A DNA stretch of 64,000 nucleotides from the human T2T-CHM13v2.0 reference genome, Homo sapiens, in the NCBI RefSeq assembly GCF_009914755.1, contig NC_060925.1; one strand, written 5' to 3'. The notes under the pieces were generated by a model. The model made no database searches and was not told the DNA's origin. It was given only the letters and a program-made list of their open reading frames with translations. Of the stretch, positions 28,406 through 44,611 are shown piece by piece (the stretch's first letter is position 1; the number at the start of each line of letters is the position of its first letter). The position numbers and the translations under genes are program-made.

Positions 28406-29436
28406 CTGCCTCTAGTAAGACGTTATGTTCTTTATTTCATCATCGTAGTTGAATTTAAAGGACATATATTCCAAAATAGGCTTTTTTTCCATCCTGGGAA
28501 GAAGAACTATAGAGGAGGAGGATAAGGATTGGGGTGGGTAGGCAAGCTGAACAGGAAGAGAAGGAAATAAAATCCCCTAGGACATCTTGAAATCATCTAA
28601 AAGCTCTAGTTGCTAAAGTCGACTTTTCATCTAGCAAGTTAGGGAAAAATATCAGTAGGCGTCTTATATTTTTTGCTTATAAACTCAGTTGGTTAATGAT
28701 GTTAGCTGAAGAGTATCAATTACCAACAGCACATTTTGTTCTAGGAAATCCCAAGATCCAGTCACTAAGGGATATTTATGGGAGAGCACAAGAGATTTAT
28801 GCTGTTTATGTAAAGTACTATATGTCTTGGATGATAGTTTATCTTTTACTTCAGAACAGGGATTCCAAAAATACACATGCTGTGAAGACATCATAACAGA
28901 AAGAGGCCCATAATGTGATAAATTTCAGTCTGTTTCAAGAACAAACTACTATCAAGTAAACTGATCTTTTAAAAAATTTATGAAAGCAGAGTACCAAGTC
29001 ACCATCACCTATCACTGGCTAAAAACAAAAAGAAGGCATGTAAAATAGTGTGAGTGCCTGCTAAGTTTATATTCCAAATTTCATATTGGAAAATACAATG
29101 TGAAAATTATATGTTTCATCTTCCGGTCAATTCTAAGAGAATCAGGAGTGACGAATAACACTGTCCACTTCAATTATTATTTATTTTGTGCTGCTAAGAA
29201 CACATTAAATTGTGTAACGTAATTTGAAGCTATCAAAAAAAAATCTCTATTATACTCATGACATATTATTAGCACAAACTCTTGTTGCTAGCATTTATCC
29301 AGTGCCAACTATGTACCAAGCATGTGTAATATTATTATCTCCCAAACATTTCTACCAGTAGTTTGATTTTATTGCACATTCATAGTTTAGGCAACAGTGT
29401 CTGGGTGACTAAATAAATAACATGCTTTATGTATTT

Positions 29437-29645
29437 ATGTGAGTGCGTCTATATATATATATATGCATGTGTATATATATAGACGCACACACGTACATAT
29501 GTGTATATATATATATGCATGTGTATATATATATAGACGCACACACATACAATCACATATATATTATGTATATATATTTATATATACATATATACATATC
29601 TCTCTATACATACACAGATATATACAATCTTAGATATATATATGT
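29437..29645. repeat. TA/CA-rich compound microsatellite with a ~52-bp higher-order duplication
   Basis: tatatatgcatgtgtatatatatagacgcacacac occurs twice (TA count differs). Confidence 0.9.
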
Positions 29646-30131
29646 AATTTTAGGTTATATATTTATATTTTATGTCTTCCAAACCTCTACAGAAGGCTTA
29701 TAGCATATTCTTACTGAATTTCAGCCATATCAGAAAATGTAAAATAAATTTTCTATATCAAATCCTAAGTTTCAGGAGTTCAGTTTGTCTTATATTTTTA
29801 TCTACCAATACCAGTAGTTATATTTTTATTCTAACTACTATAATGCCAGTAAGAACAAAAATTAAATGAGGTAGCGGATGAGGCAACAATAGAAATGAAA
29901 GAAGCTAGGGCAAGACTAAAAAGAAAATTAAAAATAGAATGTATAATTTTAAGCCAGCAAAAGTAAGTCAAACAAGTGGGAAGCAGGAAAGGAGATACAA
30001 AAAAAAAAAAAAAAAAGAAAGAAAACATGAAATACCTTAAATGTAAGATGTAAATAAGATGGTAGGAATGATTCCTAATATAAAAGGAGAATTAAAATAT
30101 ATTTAAGTACGATGAATTCAAAAATTAAATA

Positions 30132-30245
30132 CAGATGGTTCCTGACTTACATTGCTTAAAGTACGATTTTTTTGCCTTTACAATGGTGTGAAAGCATACA
30201 CATTCAGTAGAAACTGCAGCCTCATTTTAAGTAGAGGAGTATCTG
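30132..30245. mobile_element. Very short Tigger2/MER8-type MITE
   Basis: TA|cagatggttcctgacttac ... taagtagaggagtatctg|TA: both terminal inverted repeats and TA duplication. Confidence 0.8.
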
Positions 30246-30404
30246 TACAGACTCTAAGATGGTATCAAAAGATACAACAAAATCTAGGCATAGGTGGTCC
30301 ACAATGAAAATAGATAGGTTGGAAGTCAATATATGGACAAATATACACCAGGTAAATATAAATAAAAATAGAACTAGAGTTTTAATTTTATTATATATTA
30401 TTTT

Positions 30405-31070
30405 GTTCCCAGACAGGAAAATAGAAGCCTCTCCAGATTTTTCAAAGGAAAAATAATAAAGCTGGAAAATGTTGGTAGGGTTAGAGGAGAAAAAATAGTA
30501 AGATGAGATTATACCAAAAGTTATAACTTCAGGAGGTGTTGTGATCCTTAGATTAGAGAATCATAAAATGAAAAACAGTGTTACCAAGTGCACAATTACC
30601 CTCTGCTGCTGATGTTGGAAACCCAGCCATCACCAGAACCAAGAGCCTGCAATTCTGCTTTTGATGCAAAAGCATCTAAGCCTCTAAGTTTGCATTTGTC
30701 CACAATTGCTGCTGCTGAGGCTGCTGCTGCTGCTATTGGGGATGGAGCCCTAGACATTCTCCTGCTGAGACCACTGTGGGTCTGTTGGCCATCGACAATA
30801 CTAGAAACTTGCTCCTTGAAGGGAAACCCAGAAGTCTGCATTTGTCTGTAACTATTCTTATTAACAAAATCACTGCTGGAAGAAAAATAAAGAGAGGAAA
30901 ATATTTTTTTCCTCTACTTCCAATAACCATTTTGTTACCTCCCACTGGAACTTCATGGGAATCCTCTTTACAAGGGTATTTGAAAATTCAGTGTGCATGT
31001 TTTCAAACCCATACTATAGAGAAGCAATCGTGGCTGAGTAAAAATAAAATTTAGAACCAACCAATAGCCA
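30405..31070 (-). mobile_element. Possible ancient ERVL/MaLR LTR
   Basis: Compositional shift with gctgct-rich and cctcccactgg motifs typical of old LTRs; family not resolved. Confidence 0.3.
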
Positions 31071-31593
31071 CCATAGCCCACCATTTTTAGTAATAAGCAA
31101 CCATTCTTATCAACAATACAATAGACAATGCATACAATAATGATATGATAAATTCTCTCTAATATGATTCAGCTACACCTTATGCAAACTGACATAGTCT
31201 TAATTCCCCAGTTCCATTATTCACCATTTCTGTCACCAGGTGATTTAACAACTCATCTAGTTCAATGAAAATTCAACTTAAATATCCTATAATCTAAGAC
31301 CAAAATTGCAATATAACACCACAAACACTGCATCATAAAAAAGGATGAATAATGAAAAAGATAAAAGTGAAATAATTGGTAAAAGTAAAAAGTGTATTTA
31401 GTACAAGTGATTAAATATGAACAGCACTGAAGTTTTCATTTAAGAAACAATTGCATAGATATATGTGCAGGGCTAATAATTATGATATTAAATTAATATT
31501 GAAATATTGGAAAGAATTTAAGTGTTCAAGAACAGAAGAGTGGTTAAATGGTACAACCACACAGTCATGTATTAGCAGCTATAAAAAGAAATG

Positions 31594-31875
31594 AGTCATG
31601 CCCAGTGGCTCACTCCTGTAATCCCAACACTTTGGGAGGCAGAGGTGTGTGGTACACTTGAGCCCAGGAGTTCAAGACCAGCGTGGGCAGCATGGGGAGA
31701 CCTTGTCTCTTCAAAAAATACAAAAACTAGCCAACATGGTAGTACATGCCTGTAGTCCCAGTTGCTCTGGTGGCTGAGGTGGGAGGATTGATTGAGCCTG
31801 AGGGGTCAAGGCTGCAGTGAGCTGTGATTGCACCACTGCACTTCAGCCTGGGCAAGAGTGAGCCCTGTCTCAAAA
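31594..31875 (+). mobile_element. AluJ with a very short tail
   Basis: ttgagcccaggagttc, gggaggattgattgagcc, aggctgcagtgagctgtgat. Confidence 0.92.
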
Positions 31876-32041
31876 GAGGAGTAGTCTCTTTCAACTGATA
31901 TCTTTGAGATACACAGTTTATTTTTAAAAGCAAGGTGCATATAGTATATTCAGTATGATTATTTTATGTAAGAAATGAAGGAAATTAGACAATATGTTTA
32001 TAGATATACATTCAGTTTTGATTTAAAAATACAGATAAATA

Positions 32042-32320
32042 GGCTGGGCAAAGTGGCTCATGCCTGTAATCCTAACATTTTGGGAGGCCGAGGCAGGTGG
32101 ATCATCTGAGGTAAGGAGTTCAAGACCAGCCTGGCCACCATGGCGAAACCCCATCTCTACTAAAAATACAAAAATTAGCCAGGCATGGTGGCAGGCGCCT
32201 GTAATCCCAGCTACTTAGGAGGCTGAGGCAGGAAAATCACTTGAACCCGGTAGGCGGAGATCATGCCACTTCACTCCAGCCTGGGCAAAAGAGCGAGACT
32301 CTGTCTCAATAAAAAGAAAA
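32042..32320 (+). mobile_element. AluSx-like with a ~16-bp right-arm deletion
   Basis: ggatcatctgaggtaaggagttc; gttgcagtgagccgag is missing. Confidence 0.92.
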
Positions 32321-32396
32321 AGATAGATAGATAGATGATAGATAGATAGAGATAGATAGAGAGATAGATAGATAGACAGATAGATAGATGATAGAT
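32321..32396. repeat. Interrupted (GATA)n tetranucleotide STR
   Basis: Direct reading, at the Alu tail. Confidence 0.95.
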
Positions 32397-33056
32397 TTGA
32401 AACAAATAACAATTTGTAACTATGGGACCAGAGACTCTTGTATAACAAAACCATCTAAAGAGTTTTTGCTTTTGATTTACTAAACAAAATTGTCTTTTCA
32501 AAACTTAAATAATTTACAAATGTCTAAAATTAAAAGTAAAATAAAAACAAATGATCCCCACCATATATCAAACTGGTAACAAAGCTCAGAGCAAGGATTG
32601 ATCATAAATAACTCTAAAACATGGGGTTTTAACTGTAACATTTTAGTGAAATACATCCTAAGAGCAAAAGGAACTAGAAGAAATAATCTTTACATGGTAA
32701 TTTTAAATTTTGTATTTATAGTGATATGGTTATTTTAGAAATGTTTTTATATTATAATTTATAGCAGATCAGTTATACTTTTTGGATTATGATTTTTAAT
32801 GTAAAAAGTGATGATACAATCAACTTTTAAATATAAAATATATAGCAATGATAGCAAATTGATATGTTTAAAAACATGTAATTACATATATAAAATATAT
32901 AATATGTAATTCTGACCACTAAATTAACTCCAAATCAATGCCAACCTAGGAGCAAATGAGTGCCCCTAAAACTTTCATTTTGATCTCAATTTCTTCAGAA
33001 AATTCAAACCAAGAGTCTTTGGAGACATGACTGATTGCAGATTTGAATCAGGTAAG

Positions 33057-33471
33057 TGATACAGTTTGGATGTTTCTCCCCTCTGAATCTCATATTGAAA
33101 TGTGATTTCCAATGTTGGAGATGCGGCCTGGTGGGAGGTGATTGTATCATAGGAGAGAAAACCTTATCAATGTTGTAGCACCATCCCCTTGGTGACAAGT
33201 GAGTTCGCCCTCAATTAGTTCACACAAGATTTGGTTGTTTAAAAGAGTCTGTGACCTTCCTCTCCTCTCTCTCCCTCCTGCTGTTACCATTTGACACGCT
33301 GGCTGTCTGCCCCTTTGCATTCTGCCATGATTTAAACTTTCCTGAGGCCCTCACCAGAACGTGAGAAGATGCTAGCATGATGCTTCCTGTATAGCTGGCA
33401 GTACTGTGAACCAATTATACCTCTTTTCTTTCTAAATTACCCAGTATAACGACACAAAATGGACTAAGATC
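33057..33471 (+). mobile_element. MSTB-type solo LTR
   Basis: tgatacagtttggatgttt start; perfect 5-bp TSD gtaag (33052-33056 / 33472-33476). Confidence 0.92.
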
Positions 33472-35482
33472 GTAAGGTATAAGGTAAACCTCGGATATCT
33501 TTTTTGTACAAAAAAGCAAAGACTTTTCCCAAAAAAAAAAAAAAACAAAAACAAAAAACCTAAATGTTGGGGTCACATCAAAAGGATCAGGAGCCAGACT
33601 GCAGGGTAAAATTGTCACAATTTGTGCGTCTAAAATAATAGTGACGTTAAAAATTACAAACATAGCGAGTCAATTAAAATTCATAATTATAGAATGATAC
33701 TTGAAGAGAAATCTAGAAAAATAAACTATTCAAAGTCATTGGTAAAACACTTCTTTTCTTTCAAATTGTATTAAAATATGTTTAAGTATGTATTTTTCTT
33801 TCCTTTTGTTTCCACACTTTACAGTAACTGAACAAGGATACTTTATATGGGAAAAGCTCCACTTTAAGAAATATTTCAGGAGAATATTGCTGAATTTATT
33901 GGTAGAATTAGAAAGACATTATTGTTCTACAACTGTTAATAAAATTAACTTATACCATGATTATCAATTGAAGTGAAAACAATTACATGTCTAGTGTCAA
34001 AGTAATGCCACACAGTTACCCTCTAGTCTCAAGAAAGGAAAAGGAATCGTAATGAAGGGTACATTCATCACCACCCTGCCTCTAGAGGTCAATATTAGCA
34101 TCATTAGTAGTAAGTATATTAGATAAGTCCCCTGAGGTAGTGTATAACATCATTTATGATGCATTTTAGGCAAGTATGTTCAACTTAATTCTATCAAACC
34201 TTTAAACGTGAATACAGAGAATAGGTAAACAGCCTAAATGGCATCACATAGCAAACCAGATAAATCTATAAGATGGAACATTTTAGAAGATAACTGGCAT
34301 AGTCTGTTTAATAAGCCAGAAACAGGAAATTTAAAGCAATTCCATGTCAAAAACAAAATTGCTTTCAAAGGACAGTATAACCACATAAAATGTTTTTTAT
34401 AGGCAAATCTAATAAACCAGTTTTAAAGAAAACTGGGAAGAAATTTACTTATGGATAAGTGATATAGATGAAGATAACTATTAAGGCACTTCAACAAATT
34501 AACAAAAAAAGTCAAAGCCAGTGGAAAAATTGGTATGAACAACAGCACAAAAAAGATGAGGAAGATGAAACGCAAAATGCTAAGATACTTAGAAGTATAT
34601 TCACATTCAATGGTAAACAAAAATGCAAATTAAATAGGAAAAGGTCACTTTATACCTATTCAATTGGTATAAATTTGTTGATATGACCATATATTGTTAG
34701 GGATGCTGGTATATAGTTTGCTTGGCAGGAAAGGCACGTCCTTTCTTGAAAGTTATCTAAAAGTACTACTGGCTCTCACGGAATCTTCCTCTTTGCTAAA
34801 GTTTTTACTCTGTACTAAAACTTTTTAAACTTGTCTGTGAATATCCTGCAGTGTCTCAATTGATGATGTCCTCCTATACAAAACGGGTTATTTTCACAGG
34901 TGTTTCAGTAATCTACCATTGTAGGATTTAATTACTTAGTTTCTTTGTTTAACTTTTGCTTTTCTGTACAAAGCATGTAGTGGCAAGTCAACCCCCGAAA
35001 CCGCAGGACAGCAGTACTGGGAATAAATATGTTCAAGGGAAATATTTTTTCCCCGCAATCCTATACCAGGCCGGAGACACAAGATTTCTTTTCAACATGT
35101 TTATTATTGGGCCAATTTATTTCCAAACCCCCTTCTATTCACTTTAAAAAATATTATCATTTATATTTTAGAAAGAAAAGAACCTCGGCAGAAAAAAACT
35201 AATCAGAAAATGATAAAGTAAAACTGCAAATGAGTGAGGAGCTAATTGATGCACTAAGGTCCTGGAAGAGTCATAAAGTGCTCGGATTAAGACCCAGGAT
35301 GCAGAAGTTTAATTATTCTAAGAATACACACACTTCACTCTAAATGAGGCAAAGAAGGAAAGGAATAATGAAGATAGCATAGTTGTTCTTGATTGAAAAG
35401 GAATATGAAAGTCTATGGAGTCTGGCTGCCTCTCTTTTAAAAGAAAATATTTTTCTATGTAAGGGAAGTACGGTTTTAGGTG

Positions 35483-35657
35483 GTAGTTCTCCATCTTGAC
35501 TGTAAATTGGAATCATCTGGAGAGTATTAAAAACTACTGATGACTGCTTCCTATTCTGAGTTGCAAACTTGGTTCGTCTGTATTATGTGTCGAGCATCAG
35601 GATATTTTTTAAGCTTTCCTGGTGATTTTAAGGTGGAGGCAATTGTGAAACCACTTG
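35483..35657. mobile_element. MER5 (hAT-Charlie)
   Basis: ttggaatcatctggagag...gcatcaggatattttttaagctttcctggtgatttta...gaaaccact. Confidence 0.7.
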
Positions 35658-36419
35658 TATAGGAGGCTAAACAAAAGTTTGAAAATAAATTAAAGCCAAA
35701 AGACACAGAAGATCATGTGTGATACCTACAAAAAAATTGCTGAACACAGGGAAGGTTTAATTGAGATTGGCTGCATACCCAATTTATAGTACTCCTAACC
35801 AGCATAATGGTTTAACAGTTTAAACACTGTTGACACATATAGTCTCACAAAGAAAATTCTGAGGTTAATATATCTATGGGAACCTCAAAATGAATTACAA
35901 TGTACTACTCCAAATCTTCCTACGACCTAGGTAAAAATGGGTACCTAAATTGTCCAATAACTTCGCTTTAATAACATAGACCTAGTTATTTTACATAGCC
36001 CATATCTATTTTACAATAAAGTCTTCATGTGAACCAAAATTTTTATCCATGCCCTGGATGCTCCAAAATAATGTTAATGCATGTGACAAAATTGCACTTA
36101 ATGTGAACATTCTATAATAGATCTGAGGAACAATGTATGTCACATTTGACAGCTTTGCTTTCCAAACAAAGTGGTGTTTTTCCTTCCAGTTTAAAGGCAA
36201 AAATAAAAATAAGATTTTAATTACTAAGCTATTGCCCTGATGGCTTTTTTGTGTTGGCCTTCTTTTTCAATCAATGACAAAAGCAAATTGTTTGATGTAT
36301 TATAAAATATACGTTCTAGAAACTGTTAAGTCTTTAATCACTACTCTTATAATATGATAACTGCTTGGTTATGGATTAAATCACACAATTGGATCTCTCA
36401 TGTTTCTTAAATAGCAGTA

Positions 36420-36803
36420 TGTATTAGCCTGTTCTCACACTGCTATGAAGAAACACCTGAGACTGGGTAATTCATAAGGAAAAAGGTTTGATTGACTCAC
36501 ATTTCTGCATGGCTGGGGAGGCCTCAGGAAACTTATAATCATGGCAGAAGGCAAAGGAGAAGCAGGCACCTTCTTCACAGGGCAGCAGGATGAAGTGAGT
36601 GCAAGCAGGAGAAATGCCAGAACCTTACAAAACTATCAGATCTCGTGAGACTCACTCATTATCACAATAATAGCATGGTGGAAACTGCCCCCTTGATTCA
36701 ATTATTTAATACCTCCACCTGGTCCTGCCCTTGACATACAGAGATCATGGGGATTACAATTCAAAGTGAGATTTGGGTGGGAACACAGAGTCAAACCATA
36801 TCA
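36420..36803 (-). mobile_element. THE1D-like solo LTR
   Basis: tgtattagcctgttctcacactgcta...ggggaggcctcaggaaactta...caaaccatatca. Confidence 0.92.
36694..36704 (-). promoter_or_regulatory. DUX4-type motif TAATTGAATCA in THE1
   Basis: tgattcaatta on plus fits TAAYBBAATCA; THE1 LTRs are known DUX4 targets. Confidence 0.55.
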
Positions 36804-37257
36804 TAGTGTTTCTCAAGTTTAAATTTTTATTAAGAAAAAAATTATGAATCCTTCAATGATATATTTTCATTAGAAAACAATTAAAATATAGACATACAAG
36901 GAATAGAAACAGCTCCAGTCTACAGCTCCCAGCATGAGCAATGCAGAAGATGGGTGATTTCTGCATTTCCAACTGAGGTACCAGGTTCATCTCACTGGGG
37001 CTTGTTAGACAGTGGGTGCAGGACAGTGGGTGCAGCACACCGAGCATGAGATGAAGCAGGGCGATGCATTGCCTCACCTGGGAAGCACAAGGGGTTGGGG
37101 AATTCCCTTTCATAGCCAAGCAAAGTTGTGACAGATGGCACCTGGAGAATCGGGTCACTCTCACCCTAATACTGTGCTTTTCCAACAGTCTTAGCAAATG
37201 GCACACCAAGAGATTATAACCTGCGCATGGCTCAGAGGGTCCCACGCCCACGGAGCC

Positions 37258-37332
37258 TCACTCATTGCTAGCACAGCAGTCTGAGATGGAACTGCAAGGC
37301 AGCAGCAAGGCTGTGGGAGGGGTGCCCGCCAT
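37258..37332 (-). pseudogene. L1 ORF0 truncated by CGA>TGA at codon 25
   Basis: MAGTPPTALLLPCSSISDCCASNE*; the same frame continues as VGVGPSEP, as in ORF0. Confidence 0.75.
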
Positions 37333-37653
37333 TGCTGAGGCTTGAGTAGGTAAACAAAGCGGCCCGGGAAGCTCGAACTGGGTGGAGCCCACCACAGCTC
37401 AAGGAGGCCCACTAGCCTCTGTAGACTCCCCCTCTGGGGGCAGGGAATACCCGAACAAAAGTCAGCAGAAACCTCTGCAGACTTAAATGTCCCTGTCTGA
37501 CAGGTTTGAAGAGAGTAGTGGTTCTCCCAGCACGGAGTTTGAGATCTGAGAACGGACAGACTGCCTCCTCAAGTGGGTCCCTGACCACCAAGTAGCCTAA
37601 CTGGGAGGCACCCCTCAGTAGGGGCAGATTCACACCTCACACGGCTGGGTACT

Positions 37654-37781
37654 GCTCTGAGAGGAAACCTCCAGAGGAACGATAAGACAGCAAGATTTGC
37701 CGTTCAGCAATATTCGCTGTTCTGCAGCCTCTACTGCTGATACCCAGGCAAACAGGTTCTGGAGTGGACCTCCAGCAAACT
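37654..37781 (+). promoter_or_regulatory. L1 5'UTR segment carrying the ZNF93 site
   Basis: Segment between gggtact and ccaacaga that is deleted in the youngest L1PA subfamilies; contains gctgttctgcagcctctactgctg. Confidence 0.65.
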
Positions 37782-37908
37782 CCAACAGATCTGCAGCTGA
37801 GGGTCCTGACTGTTAGAAGGAAAATTAGCAAACAGAAAGGACATCCACACCAAAACCCAATCTGTACATCACCATCATCAAAGACCAAAGGTAGATAAAA
37901 CCGCAAAG

Positions 37909-38917
37909 ATGGGGAAAAAACAGAACAGAAAAACTGAAAATTCTAAAAATCAGAGCACCTCTCCTCCTCCAAAGGAACACAGCTCCTCACCAGCAACCAA
38001 ACAAAGCTGGACAGAGAATGACTTTGACGAGTTGAGAGCAGAAGGCTTCAGATGATCAAACTCCTCCGAGCTAAAAGAGGAAGTTCAAACCCATCGCAAA
38101 GAAGTTAAAAACCTTGAAAAAAGATTAGACGAATGGCTAACTAGAATAACCAATGCAGAGAAGTCCTTAAAGGACCTGGTGGAACTGAAAACCATGGCAC
38201 GAGAGCTACATGACGAATGCAAAAGCTTCAGTAGCCGATTCGATCAACTGGAAGAAAGGGTATCAGTAAGTGAAGATCAAATGAATGAAATGAAGCGAGA
38301 AGAGAAGTTTAGAGAAAAAAGAATAAAAAGGAACTAACAAAGCCTCCAAGAAATATGCGACAATGTGAAAAGACCAAATCAGCATCTGATTGGCTGAAAG
38401 TGACGGGGAGAATGGAACCAAGTTGGAAAACACTCTGCAGGATATTATCTAGGATAACTCCACAATCTATCAAGGCAGGCCAACATTCAAATTCAGGAAA
38501 TACAGAGAATGCCACAAAGATACTCCTCGAGAAGAGCAACTCCAAGACACATAACTGTCAGATTCACCAAAGTTGAAATGAAGGAAAAAATGTTAAGGGG
38601 AGCCAGAGAGAAAGGTCCGGTTACCCACAAAGGGAAGCCCATCAGACTAACAGCTGATCTCTTGGCAGAAACTTAAAAGTGAGAAGAGAGTGGGGGCCAA
38701 TATTCAACATTCTTAAAGAAAAGAATTTTCAACCAAGAATTTCATATCCAGCCAAACTAAACTTCATGAGTGAAGGAGAAATAAAATCCTTTACACACAA
38801 GCAAATGCTGAGAGATTTTGTTACCACCAGGCCTGCCCTAAAAGAGCTCCTGAAGGAAGCATTAAACATGGAAAGGAAAAACTGGTACCAGCCACTGAAA
38901 AACATGCCAAATTTTAA
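37909..38917 (+). pseudogene. L1 ORF1p remnant
   Basis: ATG GGG AAA AAA CAG start; premature stops and indels; RREWGPIFNILKEKNFQPRISYPAKL. Confidence 0.92.
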
Positions 38918-38980
38918 AGACCATCGATGCTAAGAAGAAACTGCATCAACTAATGAGCAAAATAACCAGCTAACATCATT

Positions 38981-42789
<3,809 letters not shown>

Positions 42790-44611
42790 ACAATGAGAAC
42801 ACTTGGACACAAGAAGGGCAACATCACACACCGGAGCCTGTTGTGGGGTGTGGGGAGTGGGGAGGGATAGCATTAGGAGGTATACCTAATGTAAATGACG
42901 AGTTAATGCGTGCAGCACACCAACATGGCAGATGTATACATATGAAACAATCCTGCATGTTGTGCATGTGTACCCGAGAACTTAAAGTTTAATTAAAAAA
43001 ATAAAAAATATATATGTAGACATACAATTACATGTAGATTTCTTATGATAATCACCCTTTTATAATTTTAAAGCTGAAATGATTTGACAAATTGAGCATA
43101 ACAAAGACAAACAATAAAATCTCAAATTAATTACATTAAAAATACATATTTTACTAAGAACAAGTTCCATTTCAACAAAAATATTAATTCCTTAAAAAAA
43201 GAGTTTTCCTACCTGTTTGACATTTCTTTATCACCTTGTTAAGTTTCATTTATACCACCAAATTTAACTATTAAAATAACTGCAAAATCCTTTGTTTGTA
43301 TAGTGCATCCTACACATAAAATCAACTTCTGATTTTATCTCTCTATCCCATAATAACCAGGCAATAGAGTTAAGAAAAAATGTAACAGTAAACACAAATA
43401 AGATGGGCCTTGAGATTATATTATAGTCCTCAATAGTGAAGTAGCTATTCAGATGTGCAAGATATAATAATATTACTTTTATTAGATTTTAGTTGAAAAA
43501 AAAGTATTTTTATGAAGAATTCAGATAATTATGTAATACATCTCTTACTCTGTGGTAAACTGACTTATTGCTCCAAAACTCATGATACTCAAAGACAGTA
43601 CTATTTTATCCACACAGGTTGTTAATGTAAATTGTCAAAATAGTTGGCTATTTCTACATTTTAGTTTCTTCTAATACAAAATAAAAATAATAGGATCATC
43701 AATTTTGGCTTCTTGTTATTAATAATTAACAAATGTATCATAAACACAACATTGTATTCTGACATATTTTTAATCATGAAAATAGATTGGAGTTTTGATT
43801 TCATGAAGATCTTCCCCATTGTTAACTTTAGAAAAGTTGAAAAATTTATTTCTAAACTTAATAGGTTTCAGAAATTCACACAATTTTTACAGAAAAGAGC
43901 ACATAGAACATCCTAGAATGAAAAGATAATTACATATTAGCTAAATAAAATGTTAAATGCAGTAACGAATAATGAATTTTATAAAATACCATTACTATTG
44001 CTTTATTTTTGTTTGATCACCAATTTACTGTTAAAATTGCCCACATTAAGGAATGGTTATGTTTGCTACATATTCCTGTACTATTTTCAATTTAGATAAA
44101 TATTTCTGATCACATCACTTAATAAGATCATCACTCAACTCTTTTAATCAAAAAAGGCTTATGCATCTAATATTAAATATTCAAACACAATTTAAAGTTA
44201 TAAATTATTTAGAAACTGCAAAAAAATCACATCACCACTTTATACTGGGCATAGGTGGGTTTCCACAATGATTTAACAATGGTTTGCCCAGACCCATCAG
44301 TATACATATCTGCCTACCTAAGTAAGCATAATATTGTGAGTAGTTTTCTAAAATTCTCAATATTATCTATGAATGTTACTCTCTAATAAAATCTGGAATT
44401 ACGTTTGCAAAACTGAAGTTATAAGTTGCTTTTTGCATATGTAATTGTCCATTAGGGAGAGAACCAACAACAAACCAAGAAAATTATTTCTGCTAAACAT
44501 TAGCTATAATTTATACTGCTTCTTATCATAAAATGAATTAAGGTAACAAGTAATAATACCAAAGATTCACTTGCCCTGCATAACACTTCATTTCTTCTGA
44601 TATGTTTTTTA

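Larger units (their letters stand above)
31440..34400 (+). mobile_element. L1MC4-like 3' region interrupted by AluJ, AluSx and MSTB
   Basis: Degenerate L1MC4 3'UTR motifs (ggggtcacatcaaaaggatcaggagcc; tttaactgtaacattttagtgaaatacatcctaag). Confidence 0.55.

Noticed and set aside
28840-28960. Possible exon (atcttttacttcag...caa/gtaaac)
   Set aside because: Weak donor and no recognisable protein; such signals are frequent by chance in AT-rich DNA.
30708-30734. (GCT)n poly-alanine ORF
   Set aside because: Short interrupted triplet run within probable LTR-derived sequence.
34740-35150. Unique segment with a few CpGs, CCAAT and a box-C-like tgatga
   Set aside because: Not a CpG island, and no matching box D with terminal stem; nothing supportable.
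36853-37251. 132-aa antisense ORF
   Set aside because: It is the ORF0 frame downstream of a premature stop, starting at GTG; no evidence of use.
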